DNA from: Candidatus Zhuqueibacterota bacterium
GTDB lineage: Bacteria > Zhuqueibacterota > Zhuqueibacteria > Thermofontimicrobiales > Thermofontimicrobiaceae
Reading direction: 5' to 3'
DNA: 64,000 nucleotides
Assembly (NCBI GenBank): GCA_049322915.1
Contig: JBMOPW010000014.1
Coordinates: forward strand, 669,527-733,526
Below, one piece after another: positions 29,558-38,308 of this stretch. Within the stretch, counting starts at the first letter, position 1, and every line of letters starts with the position of its first letter. The position numbers were made by a program, and so were the translations under genes. Under the pieces are notes generated by a model that did no database searches, was not told the origin of the DNA, and was given only the letters and a program-made list of their open reading frames with translations.

Positions 29558-31918
29558 ATGGATCAGCAACACGAACGACAAGCAAATATTTATGATTATA
29601 TACGAATGTTCTATAAAGGACGATGGATTATCCTCATTTCATTTTTGACCGTCTTTGGATTTGTAACCTACTATACGTTCACCACAGCTCCTACCTACCA
29701 GGCAACCGCCAAGGTGATGATCAAAGAAAATAAGAATCAGATATTCAACGCCTTTTCTGGTAACTATTTTGAAAAAGATAAAATCATCAATAATCAGGTC
29801 GAGATTTTAAAAAGCCGGACATTGGCCGAAAGAGTGGTTGTCAAATTGCAGAAATCTGAAAGAGCGAACCGGCTGAGAGTTTTGGGCTATATCCCTGAAA
29901 GTGAAAAAAGTCGTTTCAGCTTCAAATCAAAGATAAAGAAATTTGTCGCCGGGTTCTGGGGCTCTGAAAATGGCGACTCAACAGGGAGCGCCGACCATGA
30001 AATGCAAAATCCTGTGGAGCGATATGCTGAATCGTTGCGTACGTCGGTGAACGTCCAGCCGATTCGGAACACGGATATGATTGAAATCAGCGTCACAGGC
30101 TCATCGCCGGAGGAGGCAGCATACATTACTAATGCAGTCGCTTTGGTCTATCAGGAACAAAATCAAATGGAGAGCCAGGAAGAGGTCAAAAAAGTCAAGG
30201 ACTTCCTGTCCGAACAATTGAAAATTTTCCAGGCGCAGCTTCAGCAATCCGAGCAGGAATTGAAACAGTATAAAGAACAAGAAAAAATGGTAGCTCTGCC
30301 TCAGGAGATTGAGGAAATGGTCAGCAAACTTGCAGAGTTTGAAACGCTGTACCATGAGGCAGACCTTGAATTGAGTTCGAATCGGAAACGCCTCTCCTAT
30401 ATTGACGATCAACTCAATGAGAATAAACAAAATCTGAACATGGAGAACATTCTCACGGCTCCGTACTTGCAACAATTGCTGACACAGATGGCTGAGTTGG
30501 AGTCGAAAAAAGCGAAATATATTTCCAGCCTGATCAATGAGAATGTGTACGACCCGGACAATCAGACCGTAAAAAACTATGAAGAACAAAAAAAGGTATT
30601 AGCGGATAAGCTCAAGGATGGGATAACACAATTGGCAGCGGCAGAGACTGGCGATCCCATCACCCTTTCGGAAACCCTGTTCCAGCGGAAAATTGAAATC
30701 GAAGCGACGATTCAATCTTTACTGCCCAAAGTATCGGCGCTTAAAAAAATTGTTGACGAATACAGTCAGAGTCTCGAGACGGTTCCGGAGCGAAGCTTGA
30801 AATTGGCGCGATTGGAGCGCTCCGCACGACTTGATGAAAAAATTACGTTGATGATGAAAGAGAAATACGAAGAGTCGAGAATTTCAGAAGTCGGCCAATT
30901 GGGCAATGTTCGAATTATTGATCCGGCAAAACCGGTCCATGCGCCAATTAAACCCAAGAAAAAAATGAATCTCATCATGGGAGTGATATTGGGGCTCGGG
31001 CTTGGCGTTGGAATAACATTCATGCTGGAATACTTCGATAATTCTGTGCGTTCGGTCGAGGATGTTGAGAGAGCCGGGATTCCCATATTAGGGTCGATTC
31101 CAGTGATCAAACTCGAAGAAGCGGCCAGGAAAATTCAGCAAAGCCGGAAACTTGAATCTGGTAAATCTCCATTGAATCCTCATGAGGCGCGCACGATTGC
31201 CGGCCGGCTCATCACACATTTTGCGCCCAAGTCCCCGATCTCCGAGGCCTACCGCAGTTTACGTACAAGCATTCAATACGCCAAAGCGGACACGCCCATC
31301 AAAACGATCGTTGTCACGAGCCCCGGCCCGCAGGAAGGGAAATCCACGACGGTTGCTAATCTGGCAATCACCATCGCGCAGATGGGTACGCGCGTGCTGC
31401 TCGTGGATACGGATTTGCGCCGGCCAGTGCTGCATTCCATCTTCAATCTCAATCGCTCCAAAGGTATTTCCAATTATTTAATAGGGAAAATACCTATTGA
31501 TGAAGCGATTTTTAAGACTGACATCGATAATCTGTACTTGATGCCATGCGGAACATTGCCGCCCAATCCGTCTGAATTGCTGGGTTCCAAGGCGATGCAA
31601 AAATGTATTGCTGAACTCCGGGAGATGTTCGATATTGTCTTGTTCGATAGCCCGCCGGTTATGGCTGTGACCGATGCGGCGGTGCTCAGTTCCGGAGTGG
31701 ATGGATTGATTTTAGTGGTTAAATCCGGGCAGACCGATAGAAACGCCATTGCGCGGAGTTATGAAATCCTGAAGAACATACCGAACAACATTCTCGGCGC
31801 GTTATTGAACGTGGTCAATGTGGAAGGCGTCTACGGATCGTATTATTACTATTATTATCACTATTATTACTACGGAAAAGATGGCACCAAAAAGTCCCGC
31901 AGAATCAAACGGGCATAG
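29558..31918 (+). CDS. wzc: Polysaccharide co-polymerase / tyrosine autokinase (Wzc family)
   Basis: Two TMs flanking a coiled coil, EAYRSLRT, Walker A GPQEGKST, DTDLRRP, FDSPP, C-terminal Tyr cluster YGSYYYYYYHYYYYG. Confidence 0.93.
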   Translation: MDQQHERQANIYDYIRMFYKGRWIILISFLTVFGFVTYYTFTTAPTYQATAKVMIKENKNQIFNAFSGNYFEKDKIINNQVEILKSRTLAERVVVKLQKSERANRLRVLGYIPESEKSRFSFKSKIKKFVAGFWGSENGDSTGSADHEMQNPVERYAESLRTSVNVQPIRNTDMIEISVTGSSPEEAAYITNAVALVYQEQNQMESQEEVKKVKDFLSEQLKIFQAQLQQSEQELKQYKEQEKMVALPQEIEEMVSKLAEFETLYHEADLELSSNRKRLSYIDDQLNENKQNLNMENILTAPYLQQLLTQMAELESKKAKYISSLINENVYDPDNQTVKNYEEQKKVLADKLKDGITQLAAAETGDPITLSETLFQRKIEIEATIQSLLPKVSALKKIVDEYSQSLETVPERSLKLARLERSARLDEKITLMMKEKYEESRISEVGQLGNVRIIDPAKPVHAPIKPKKKMNLIMGVILGLGLGVGITFMLEYFDNSVRSVEDVERAGIPILGSIPVIKLEEAARKIQQSRKLESGKSPLNPHEARTIAGRLITHFAPKSPISEAYRSLRTSIQYAKADTPIKTIVVTSPGPQEGKSTTVANLAITIAQMGTRVLLVDTDLRRPVLHSIFNLNRSKGISNYLIGKIPIDEAIFKTDIDNLYLMPCGTLPPNPSELLGSKAMQKCIAELREMFDIVLFDSPPVMAVTDAAVLSSGVDGLILVVKSGQTDRNAIARSYEILKNIPNNILGALLNVVNVEGVYGSYYYYYYHYYYYGKDGTKKSRRIKRA

Positions 31919-32045
31919 CCAGAGGAAATAAATGAGTAGCAGTCAAAAATCTGTTGCGGTGAACGTCCAGGAAAAACATGGAACGCGGATGACGCTTTTT
32001 ACACGGATTAAAATTTTGGCGCCTGTATTATTATTGGACATACGC

Positions 32046-32073
32046 GTAGAGGACGGTCGCGACCGTCCACTAC
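32046..32073. repeat. GTAG-type REP palindrome
   Basis: GTAG-a-GGACGGTCGCGACCGTCC-a-CTAC. Confidence 0.7.
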
Positions 32074-32187
32074 AGATAAAAAAAGTATAGAATTTATTGC
32101 ACATGCCTTCACCTCGTCATTCATATTCATAGTGAAAATCAGAATTAATTGCCATTATTACAATACATTCTATAAAAAAAATATATA

Positions 32188-32382
32188 GAAGCCGTTGAAA
32201 CGGCTTCGGACATGTTTCATTCATGCAGTAAACACCTTGATGCATTGCCCAGTCTTCCATATTTTTTAAGGAGACAATACTGGGAATCATGGTGTTGATT
32301 CAAAGGGGAGTTGAACTAACACCACAATTTATTGTGGTGTGTCAACAGAGGTGGGGACAACCAATGAACTGCTTCAGCAGTT
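32188..32382. repeat. Multi-hairpin REP cluster
   Basis: GAAGCCGTTGAAACGGCTTC, ACACCACAATTTATTGTGGTGT and AACTGCTTCAGCAGTT hairpins. The same architecture occurs at 44326-44484 and partially at 43097-43159. Confidence 0.65.
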
Positions 32383-32717
32383 TCAATTTTCACGATGCTT
32401 ATACAATATAGTAACTTTTCGGAATCACATCCCTCTCTGTTCAATTCGTTAGCTCATTGCTCGTTTATTTTGTAGCCACGTAGCAAGGTTCGAATTGAGT
32501 CATCGTTAGAAATTCTTAATTGTGCGGATGTATCTGAAGGAGTCTGGAGCTGTGGAAACATGGCTGGTTATTACGGGAACAGTGGCTGTCCGAAAAAAAC
32601 ATCACGTTTTAAAGAAAAATGAGGAAAAGAAAATATTTAATCTCTGCAATATAATTGCCACCCTTATTTGCTGTCTGTTAATTTATCTTTAAAATAGTTA
32701 AGATGTTGCAATAAACA

Positions 32718-32746
32718 TTGACTTTTACAGAAAATATGGTTATTTT
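32718..32746 (+). promoter_or_regulatory. Sigma70-type promoter of orphan gene 32853
   Basis: TTGACT-17 bp-TATTTT. Confidence 0.5.
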
Positions 32747-32852
32747 CGGCCATTCATTTCGTTCGGGATCCAGTGCAAAGTAAAAAAAATCATGTGTTAG
32801 AGCCACAATAATTAATTCAGGTGCGGTTTAATTAGCAATAGGGATATGAAAG

Positions 32853-33203
32853 ATGAAAGAGACAAGTGAAAGTTTTCCGAGGAATACCTTGAGACAGGCT
32901 GAATTAGCATTAGAAGGCTGGAAAGAACTGTACGAACGGCTCAATGTACCCAACCTATCGCTCGATGATTTTGCCGAGAAAATATCATTCGCAACCGATA
33001 AGGTGGACCTTGCTGAAAGGTTGAAGGAAGAAAGAAGCAAGGCGGTCCAGGTCCGAAACGATAGTCTTAAGGAAGTGTGGGATTTGACCAAAAGAATTCG
33101 CAATGCTGCCAAAGCGACGTTTGGAGATAATTCAAACGAAATTGAAAAATTTGGGGGCAAATCGTCCCGTCAACGCAACAAGGGCGAGAGGGATTTTGAC
33201 TGA
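32853..33203 (+). CDS. Hypothetical alpha-helical protein (RIRNAAKATFGDNSNEIEKFGG motif)
   Basis: 116-aa ORF with its own promoter and terminator. Amphipathic helical pattern and basic tail. Confidence 0.75.
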   Translation: MKETSESFPRNTLRQAELALEGWKELYERLNVPNLSLDDFAEKISFATDKVDLAERLKEERSKAVQVRNDSLKEVWDLTKRIRNAAKATFGDNSNEIEKFGGKSSRQRNKGERDFD

Positions 33204-33329
33204 TCGCCGGTTATGTGTTCCATCAGATGTGGATTATTCATGAAATAGAATGTATTCCATGTGCTGCTCATTGCATCCCCTGAATAGCCAACCGAAGGAT
33301 TTTGAATTTTAAATATGCGACAGATCGGG

Positions 33330-33360
33330 AAAAAGCTCAAATTCAATATTTGAGCTTTTT
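33330..33360. terminator. Bidirectional intrinsic terminator
   Basis: AAAAAGCTCAAAT-tcaat-ATTTGAGCTTTTT. Confidence 0.75.
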
Positions 33361-33485
33361 ACTAATTGAACAACCACGGTTTTCATGTTCCGAAAATTGA
33401 GGGATCATTGTGCTGACAATTATTCAGGCATATCTACTTGTCTCGAAGTTACAAAAAGGGCTCTATTCTAAATTGTGTGGGTAAT

Positions 33486-33650
33486 TGTAAATTTCAAGTG
33501 AAAAGTGTACCATTGTATTAATTGAAAAGTATACCAGTGGATTAACAATGTGCCCAATACTCACTGTATTGGATACGGCCCCTGTCCGAAGGAAACGGGA
33601 TGGCAAATGTCGGAATGAAGCAGCGAACGGTTATTAATATCCTTTCATAA
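33486..33650 (+). mobile_element. Orphan IS21-family-like end / remnant
   Basis: 5'-TGT end with tandem TGAAAAGT(G/A)TACCA boxes at 33499 and 33523. No istA/istB in the window. Confidence 0.55.
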
Positions 33651-34127
33651 TTAAGAAAAATAAGTATCTAACTGAATGTAAAACAAAGATAAAAAAAAAT
33701 ATTAACTGTAATACGATGAAAATATGAGTTCTATCACATACTATTTATACCAGTATCATTAACTTTCAAACGAATAAAACATTGCGATATAATGTCGGAT
33801 GCCAGAGTGTAACGCTATTAAAATTAACGCATTAAAATTTATTAAGAATACGTCACAAGGATTGATTTTTAATTTAAAACTTATATATTGTAATCTGATG
33901 TTTGAGTAATAAAAGCATTTTGCGGTTGATGAAGACGTGCGTGAGTCTATCATTATTTGGCCTGAACAAGGCCAATGCCAAACGATCCTGTGCTCACACT
34001 TCAACTAACGAGCTCACCTGATTTTATTGACGTTTACAAACGACGTTGCTGATTAAAAAAAATGAATCATCCATTCAGGATGTCATGAAACGCCGGCGGA
34101 GTTTCGGTATGTTCTATCCGCTGATGG

Positions 34128-34235
34128 TTAACCTTACTACGTCACATAGATTTATTATCGTTATATGCTGTTTTTTGGATAGATGATAAATTCAGCATAT
34201 TGTGATAAATTTGCTAAATGACATTGTAGGGTTCA
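34128..34235 (+). mobile_element. ~108-bp MITE family B, copy 1
   Basis: TTAACCTTACTACGTCA...TGACATTGTAGGGTTCA. Reverse complement of 42770-42877 along its whole length, with scattered substitutions. Confidence 0.8.
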
Positions 34236-34842
34236 TTGAAATGATGACATGAAAGTCAACATTATTACTTTCCTAGCGCGCTAAATCGCAAGTGAAACGT
34301 CAGACGAGAGAAGTGAGATGTAAAACATTATTCGTTTGACATTTCACTTCTCACGTTTCACTATGTGTTAGAAGGGATTCCTGTGTTATATTAAAATATT
34401 TTGCACAAAAATGCAAAAGTTATGTTGTAATACTTTAGGTAGCTTGAAGTGGATTGGCTATGTGATGCCAGCGGTATATTCGACACTCGGCAGTTCCAAT
34501 GGAAAGCGTCTGGATATTATGACAAGAATCCATAGAGTAATCGGCTCAGAGTTCAGAATATGAGCACCAGCCATTGTTATAATAATGAGTCTATTGTTTC
34601 ATCTTACATGGGCTCAATTCCTAAAGCAGACGAGGCTTCATGTTAAAAGGCTTGTAATAAAGTCCGTCAATGGCTGAAGAAATTCTGGCAGTAACAATAT
34701 GTTTAGAGAAACACTGCGATGCTTAAAGCCATCGCACCACGAATTGTGAGCTAAATTTCTCAGATTCAACCTGGGAATTTAGGTGGTGTTTAAAATTCGA
34801 AGCTGCTTCTGTGGAATTCGCTGCAATTCCAGAGGAGTCGCA

Positions 34843-34890
34843 ATAGCCCCGTGTCAGTTTTGGTTCGTGTGACTGACGGGGCGGAGCTAT
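34843..34890 (+). promoter_or_regulatory. Leader hairpin with ops-like GGCGGAGC just upstream of upxY
   Basis: GCCCCG-tGTCAGT pairs with ACTGAC-GGGGC, ATAGC pairs with GCTAT. 18 bp before the upxY ATG. Function is inferred. Confidence 0.45.
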
Positions 34891-34908
34891 GCCCGGGAAC
34901 AAAATAGA

Positions 34909-35445
34909 ATGAGTCATGAATATTCCAAATCGATCTTTGGCGAGTTAAACGTTGAGCCGAATTGGTATGCCGTTACGACAAAACCGAGGCATGAAAAAAA
35001 AGTATTCCAATTACTCACAATAAAAGGAATAGAAAGCTATCTGCCATTACAAAAACTATCGCGAAAATGGAGCGACCGCTATAAAGTAATCGAACAGCCC
35101 TTATTCAGTTGCTATGTTTTTGTACGAATCGCCTTGAAAGACAGGCTTCCGGTTTTACAGACAGATGGGGTGGTGAAGCTGGTGACATTTAACAACATTC
35201 CGGCGACCATTCCTGATTCGCAAATTCAGGCTGTGAGACTCGTACTGGAAAAATGTCACACGATCGAGCACATTGATTTTCTCACCCCTGGCCAGAGAAT
35301 TGAGGTCGTTCAAGGGCCGCTCAAGGGGATCTCAGGATTGTGCGTCGAAATTAAAAACAGCCACCGACTTGTGGTCCGATTGGAAAGCATACAGCAAGCG
35401 ATCTCCGTGGATATTGATCTGAGGGACATTAAAATTCTGGAATGA
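34909..35445 (+). CDS. upxY: UpxY-family (NusG paralogue) transcription antiterminator
   Basis: WYAVTTKPRHEKKV, YLPL...RKWSDRYKVIEQPLFSCYVFV, KOW motif GQRIEVVQGPLKG. Confidence 0.92.
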   Translation: MSHEYSKSIFGELNVEPNWYAVTTKPRHEKKVFQLLTIKGIESYLPLQKLSRKWSDRYKVIEQPLFSCYVFVRIALKDRLPVLQTDGVVKLVTFNNIPATIPDSQIQAVRLVLEKCHTIEHIDFLTPGQRIEVVQGPLKGISGLCVEIKNSHRLVVRLESIQQAISVDIDLRDIKILE

Positions 35446-35451
35446 GAAATG

Positions 35452-35598
35452 CCAGATAGCAGAAATCAGATACCAGATAACTGATACCGGATGCCAGATA
35501 ACAGATGCCAGATAACAGATAACAGATACCAGATACCAGATAACAGATACCGGATGCCAGATAACGGATACCGGATGCCAGATAACGGATACCGGATG
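35452..35598 (+). repeat. 21 x 7-bp tandem repeat (CCAGATA/ACAGATA/CCGGATG)
   Basis: Units counted by eye. A higher-order 21-mer CCAGATAAC(A/G)GATACCGGATG occurs at the 3' end. Confidence 0.9.
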
Positions 35599-36176
35599 TC
35601 TCATGTGCCTTTGATTTGAGGAAGATGAATATCACGAATCTTAAATAAGGAGTTTGAGATTTATTATAAACTCACCTAACCTGGACAAGCCAAAACCAAA
35701 AAAGAAATGGAACGCTGATTACGCGGATGATCCTCCTAAAAGCTTGGCGGACGTTCCGCGCTGATCTTCACGGATTCTTAATCAGTATTAATCTGTGTTA
35801 TCAGTGTCCCATAAAATTTTCTGCCAAAAAATGCAAGAATATTATTTGTAAGTTATTAAATCCTCTCTTGAAAATGGAGGACTTAAAAATGAGTCTGCGG
35901 TAAGAAGCCTGCACAGGTATTGATGGGATGGTTCGACTATTTTTCCACGCCATGAATGACGTGGCTATTCATTTAAATATATTAGCCCTTTTGAATAGCC
36001 CCGACTTTTAAGTCGGGGATCAGAGAAATCCATTAAATTTTGGGCTTTAGCCCCATAGGGAGTAGTTCTAAAATCGAGACAAAAGAGGCAGTCAGAAATT
36101 TAAAGCAATACCACATATTTTATTTTTTCATTAATAAGACAAAATTGGTGTTGAGATTTTTTATAAACTCACCTAA

Positions 36177-36337
36177 CCTGAATTATTCATGAACTTGCTC
36201 AGAATTTGAGTCAACATTTAGATTTTCAATTAGCTAAAAGCTGAGCTATTTTAAAACTCAGTTTTTGTACGTTTATACTTAAAAGAGCACCATTCAGGTT
36301 AGCCAGCCTCCTTTCAAAATACTATGAATAATGCAGG
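36177..36337 (+). mobile_element. 161-bp MITE family A, copy 2
   Basis: TIRs CCTGAATTATTCAT / ATGAATAATGCAGG, flanked by CTAA/CTGA. Confidence 0.85.
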
Positions 36338-36526
36338 CTGAATCCTCTCTTGAAAAGAGAGGACTAAAAACGAAATCTGGTGACCAATCTATTGGTAATT
36401 TTATTTTCCACCAAGAACGAAAATCAATTTTCAACATGGAAATTCGAACTACCAAAATCGAACTAGGAGCATCGAATCACCAATAACCAAATCACATACA
36501 CCAACGACCAATTCACCAAATATTAC

Positions 36527-36555
36527 TTGCTTTTTAATACGGTTGTAGTTATGTT
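36527..36555 (+). promoter_or_regulatory. Possible sigma70 promoter of the first AbiEii cassette
   Basis: TTGCTT-17 bp-TATGTT. Confidence 0.4.
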
Positions 36556-36609
36556 CCGTGAAACGATTCTAATAATAACGATCCTGAAACATAATAATAA
36601 TGTGTGCTT

Positions 36610-37305
36610 ATGCTTAAAACTCCGAAAATTACAGCGCCGAAATCATTGAGTTCTCTTGCTACTGCATGCCTGAAAGCCTTGCAAGATTCAGGGTTTGGGA
36701 AGTATATTACTTTAGGGAGAGCAGTTGGATTAGCACATTATTATGATTACAGAACGACAAAGGATGTTGATGCATGGTGGACAGTTGACGCCACAGAAAA
36801 GATTAAGAGTCAAGTTATTAATTTACTAAAAACAACGCTGGAAGATTTTGGTGAAATTTCAGTCAGAAGGTTTGGCGACGTGATAAGCGTAGATGTGAAA
36901 GAAAATAAACAGGTAATATTTAATTTTCAGATTGCATCGCGTAGCGCCTTGTTGAAATCACCTGTGGAAAGTCCGTGGCATCCAATTCAACTGGATTCGA
37001 TTGATGATTTGATTGCCAGCAAGATGACGGCTCTCATCGAGAGAGGCGCGCCAAGAGATTTCCTTGATATTTATGAATCATGCAAGCAAAAACTGGTTAC
37101 AGTTCAAGATTGTTGGGAGCTCTGGCAAAAACGAGAGCGATTGAGGGGGATTGAAAATATGGATGTAAAAATCGGCTGCGAAGCGTTGTTGTTGCATTTG
37201 AAACGAATTGAGAAAATCAGACCACTCGAGAGTATCGAAAATTTGGAGCAACGAGAAAACGCTGAAACAGTGAGAAAGTGGTTTAAGAATGAATTCTGCA
37301 AATGA
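36610..37305 (+). CDS. AbiEii/AbiGii-family nucleotidyltransferase (variant G-R motif)
   Basis: LGRAVGLAHYYDYRTTKDVD and DLIASKMTALIERGAPRDFLDIY. Confidence 0.8.
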   Translation: MLKTPKITAPKSLSSLATACLKALQDSGFGKYITLGRAVGLAHYYDYRTTKDVDAWWTVDATEKIKSQVINLLKTTLEDFGEISVRRFGDVISVDVKENKQVIFNFQIASRSALLKSPVESPWHPIQLDSIDDLIASKMTALIERGAPRDFLDIYESCKQKLVTVQDCWELWQKRERLRGIENMDVKIGCEALLLHLKRIEKIRPLESIENLEQRENAETVRKWFKNEFCK

Positions 37306-37612
37306 TAATTCGATCTGGATTGACGGAAGTCTTTTTCCTGATTGCGAAGCGCCAGGAGCATTGACCACGTTGAATGAACGCATTGATTTTATTTCCCGAT
37401 TATGCAGCGCGTGGGATTTCGGTGTATTGCCGCTTCCGGAAACATTGGCAGAAGTCCGGAAAAGCGAATGGATGGAAGCGGTTGAAGAAACCAATCTGTT
37501 AACTTCATGCGCATATCATTTGCTCAGGGATTTTCATGGTTTAGAACCACTGCCATATTTAGGCCCTAAACCTAATGACATTTTGAATGATCCGTGTTTA
37601 GAGTTTATTTAA
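37289..37612 (+). CDS. Hypothetical protein, overlapping partner of the AbiEii gene
   Basis: 107-aa acidic ORF overlapping the upstream stop by 17 bp. Confidence 0.7.
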   Translation: MNSANDNSIWIDGSLFPDCEAPGALTTLNERIDFISRLCSAWDFGVLPLPETLAEVRKSEWMEAVEETNLLTSCAYHLLRDFHGLEPLPYLGPKPNDILNDPCLEFI

Positions 37613-38002
37613 TTGGGCCGATTCTGATAAGCTACGACTAGTAAGTCGTATAAGAAAAATCATAATAGGTTAATCTAAAATAAGCAGTCAGCCTGCAGCT
37701 ATCAGCACTCAGCAAAAGAAATATAAGTACATTGATTGCATGTATGAAATCACCCAAAAGGCGAAAAAGTTTATCAAGCTAAGCTGATGACTGAAAGCTG
37801 ACAGTTCTAAATCCGCCATTTTTTAGGCGGGCTAATCGCTCAATTCAGGTGTAAATATTCCCGACTTTAAAATCGAGGGAAAAATTACTGTTCGCCATTC
37901 ACCAATAACAAATTCATCAATTTAACACTCACCTATACATAAAAATGGTGAACATGTTTACTACCAATATTTCGCCATTATGTGGATTTGAAAATCGTCA
38001 AT

Positions 38003-38096
38003 CACCAACAAATCCCGTAGGGATGGGATATGGGTAGAAAAAAGTAATCCCCCTGAAAGATAAAACCCCGTCAGGGGTGACATATTCTTTAAAACA
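38003..38096 (+). repeat. ~94-bp REP-like direct repeat, copy 1
   Basis: AATCCCGTAGGGATGGGATATGGGTAGAAAAA...AAAACCCCGTCAGGGGTGACATATT. Copy 2 is at 39924-40014. Confidence 0.85.
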
Positions 38097-38308
38097 TAAC
38101 GCGCTGAAGCGCACGTGAAACGTAAGACGTGAGACGACTTTTCAGCCCATGATAAAAATGCGAACATCCCGAAACCCGATTCCCGAATCACCAACTCATA
38201 CGGAACTTTTTCAGTAAAATACAATATAAAAGATACAACGAAAAATTATGTAATAACCCGATTAAATGATAAGTCTGGTTTTAAATATATCGCTTAAATA
38301 TTAAAACA

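Noticed and set aside
31841..31873. TAT/TAC trinucleotide run as a contingency repeat
   Set aside because: It encodes the normal BY-kinase tyrosine cluster with mixed codons.
35332..35635. Minus-strand ORFs with HPVSVIW / YLASGIR repeats
   Set aside because: By-products of the 7-bp array. They overlap upxY antisense and have no RBS.
36171..36304. Integron attC-like site (ACCTAAC...GTTAGCC, 134 bp; degenerate counterpart near 41583-41716)
   Set aside because: R-box-like cores are present but there are no complementary L boxes, and no intI in the window. The sequence is better explained as MITE A plus its CTAA target. IntegronFinder would be decisive.
37961..38224. 87-aa minus-strand ORF
   Set aside because: Runs through REP and heptamer repeats. 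No protein motif.
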